A DNA stretch of 64,000 bases from assembly GCA_958009085.1 (NCBI GenBank), contig OY253676.1:744001-808000 (forward strand). Reading direction: 5' to 3'. Shown here piece after piece: positions 63,543 through 64,000 of this stretch. Under the pieces are notes generated by a model, which was given only the letters and a program-made list of their open reading frames with translations, made no database searches and had not been told where the DNA came from. Every line of letters begins with the position of its first letter. The stretch's first letter is position 1. The DNA comes from Protoeuglena noctilucae (taxonomy: Eukaryota). A program made the translations under genes and the position numbers.

Positions 63543-64000
63543 TCAGAAGAACCGCCAAGGGTCGCGGTCGGGCGCCACGTAGTCCCTCGTCTCGGGAATC
63601 AGTTCGAAACTCAGCGCTGTCTCTTTGAACTTGGCCTCCACGTCCGCCCACAGCGCCTGCATGACAGAGCGAGACCCGGGGTCACATGTTAAGACAGCGT
63701 CGAGGTGCAAAGGGGCCCCTGCAGTTGTGCAAAGGGGTTCATGCAGCGGTGCAAAGGGCAAGATCGCATCGGCTGTGCCACATGGACACCCCAGGCGCCC
63801 AAGGCTCACCTGGGGGCTCTGCACGGTCAACGTGTACAGGTAGGGCTCACCTGGGGGCTCTGCACGGTCAGGGTGTAGAGGTAGGGCGTGCCGTCCTGTC
63901 CGTTGCGGACCGCCGTCATTGAGAAGGCGTGGCGGTAGGTCTCCTTCCCCGGATCCGTCAGCGTCGGCGATCCCCTCGAGACGTGCTCGTAGAGGATGTA
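63543..64000 (-). CDS. 3' end of a PsbP-domain thylakoid protein (PPD7-like), partial
   Basis: YILYEHVSRGSP...YRHAFSMTAVR...YLYTLTVQSPQ|ALWADVEAKFKETALSFELIPETRDYVAPDRDPWRFF* matches the PsbP-fold C-terminus with a DPWRF end. The gene runs off the window. Confidence 0.7.
   Translation of the reverse strand, partial: HPLRARLEGIADADGSGEGDLPPRLLNDGGPQRTGRHALPLHPDRAEPPGEPYLYTLTVQSPQVSLGRLGCPCGTADAILPFAPLHEPLCTTAGAPLHLDAVLTCDPGSRSVMQALWADVEAKFKETALSFELIPETRDYVAPDRDPWRFF

Overview
This is GC-rich, intron-rich eukaryotic nuclear DNA from a green-lineage photosynthetic organism, most likely a chlorophyte alga. The evidence is a PsbP-domain gene, a plant-type NEK and a Wali7-type gene, with TAA, TAG and TGA all used as stops. 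I reconstructed about 14 spliced genes by hand from exon phases: a Cep57-like coiled-coil protein, a CinA-like/nucleotidyltransferase, a TMEM106-like protein, a plant-type NEK kinase with a CAP-Gly domain, a membrane protein with a CEP164-type WW module, Wali7/TSJT1, a four-domain Cav/Nav-type channel, a Dug3-WD40-Dug2 fusion, a Myb/SANT protein, a long low-complexity protein with a PH-like end, GDH, TM9SF/EMP70, DeSI and a partial PPD7-like gene. The main highlight is a single-chain fusion of the 'fungal' DUG glutathione-degradation subunits Dug3 and Dug2. Other highlights are a channel with an A-E-D-D selectivity ring, many GC-AG introns, introns carrying decayed copies of their own splice junctions, and introns with G-rich 5' and C-rich 3' halves. 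All homology calls come from motif recognition only; no database searches were run, and some exon and start coordinates are approximate.
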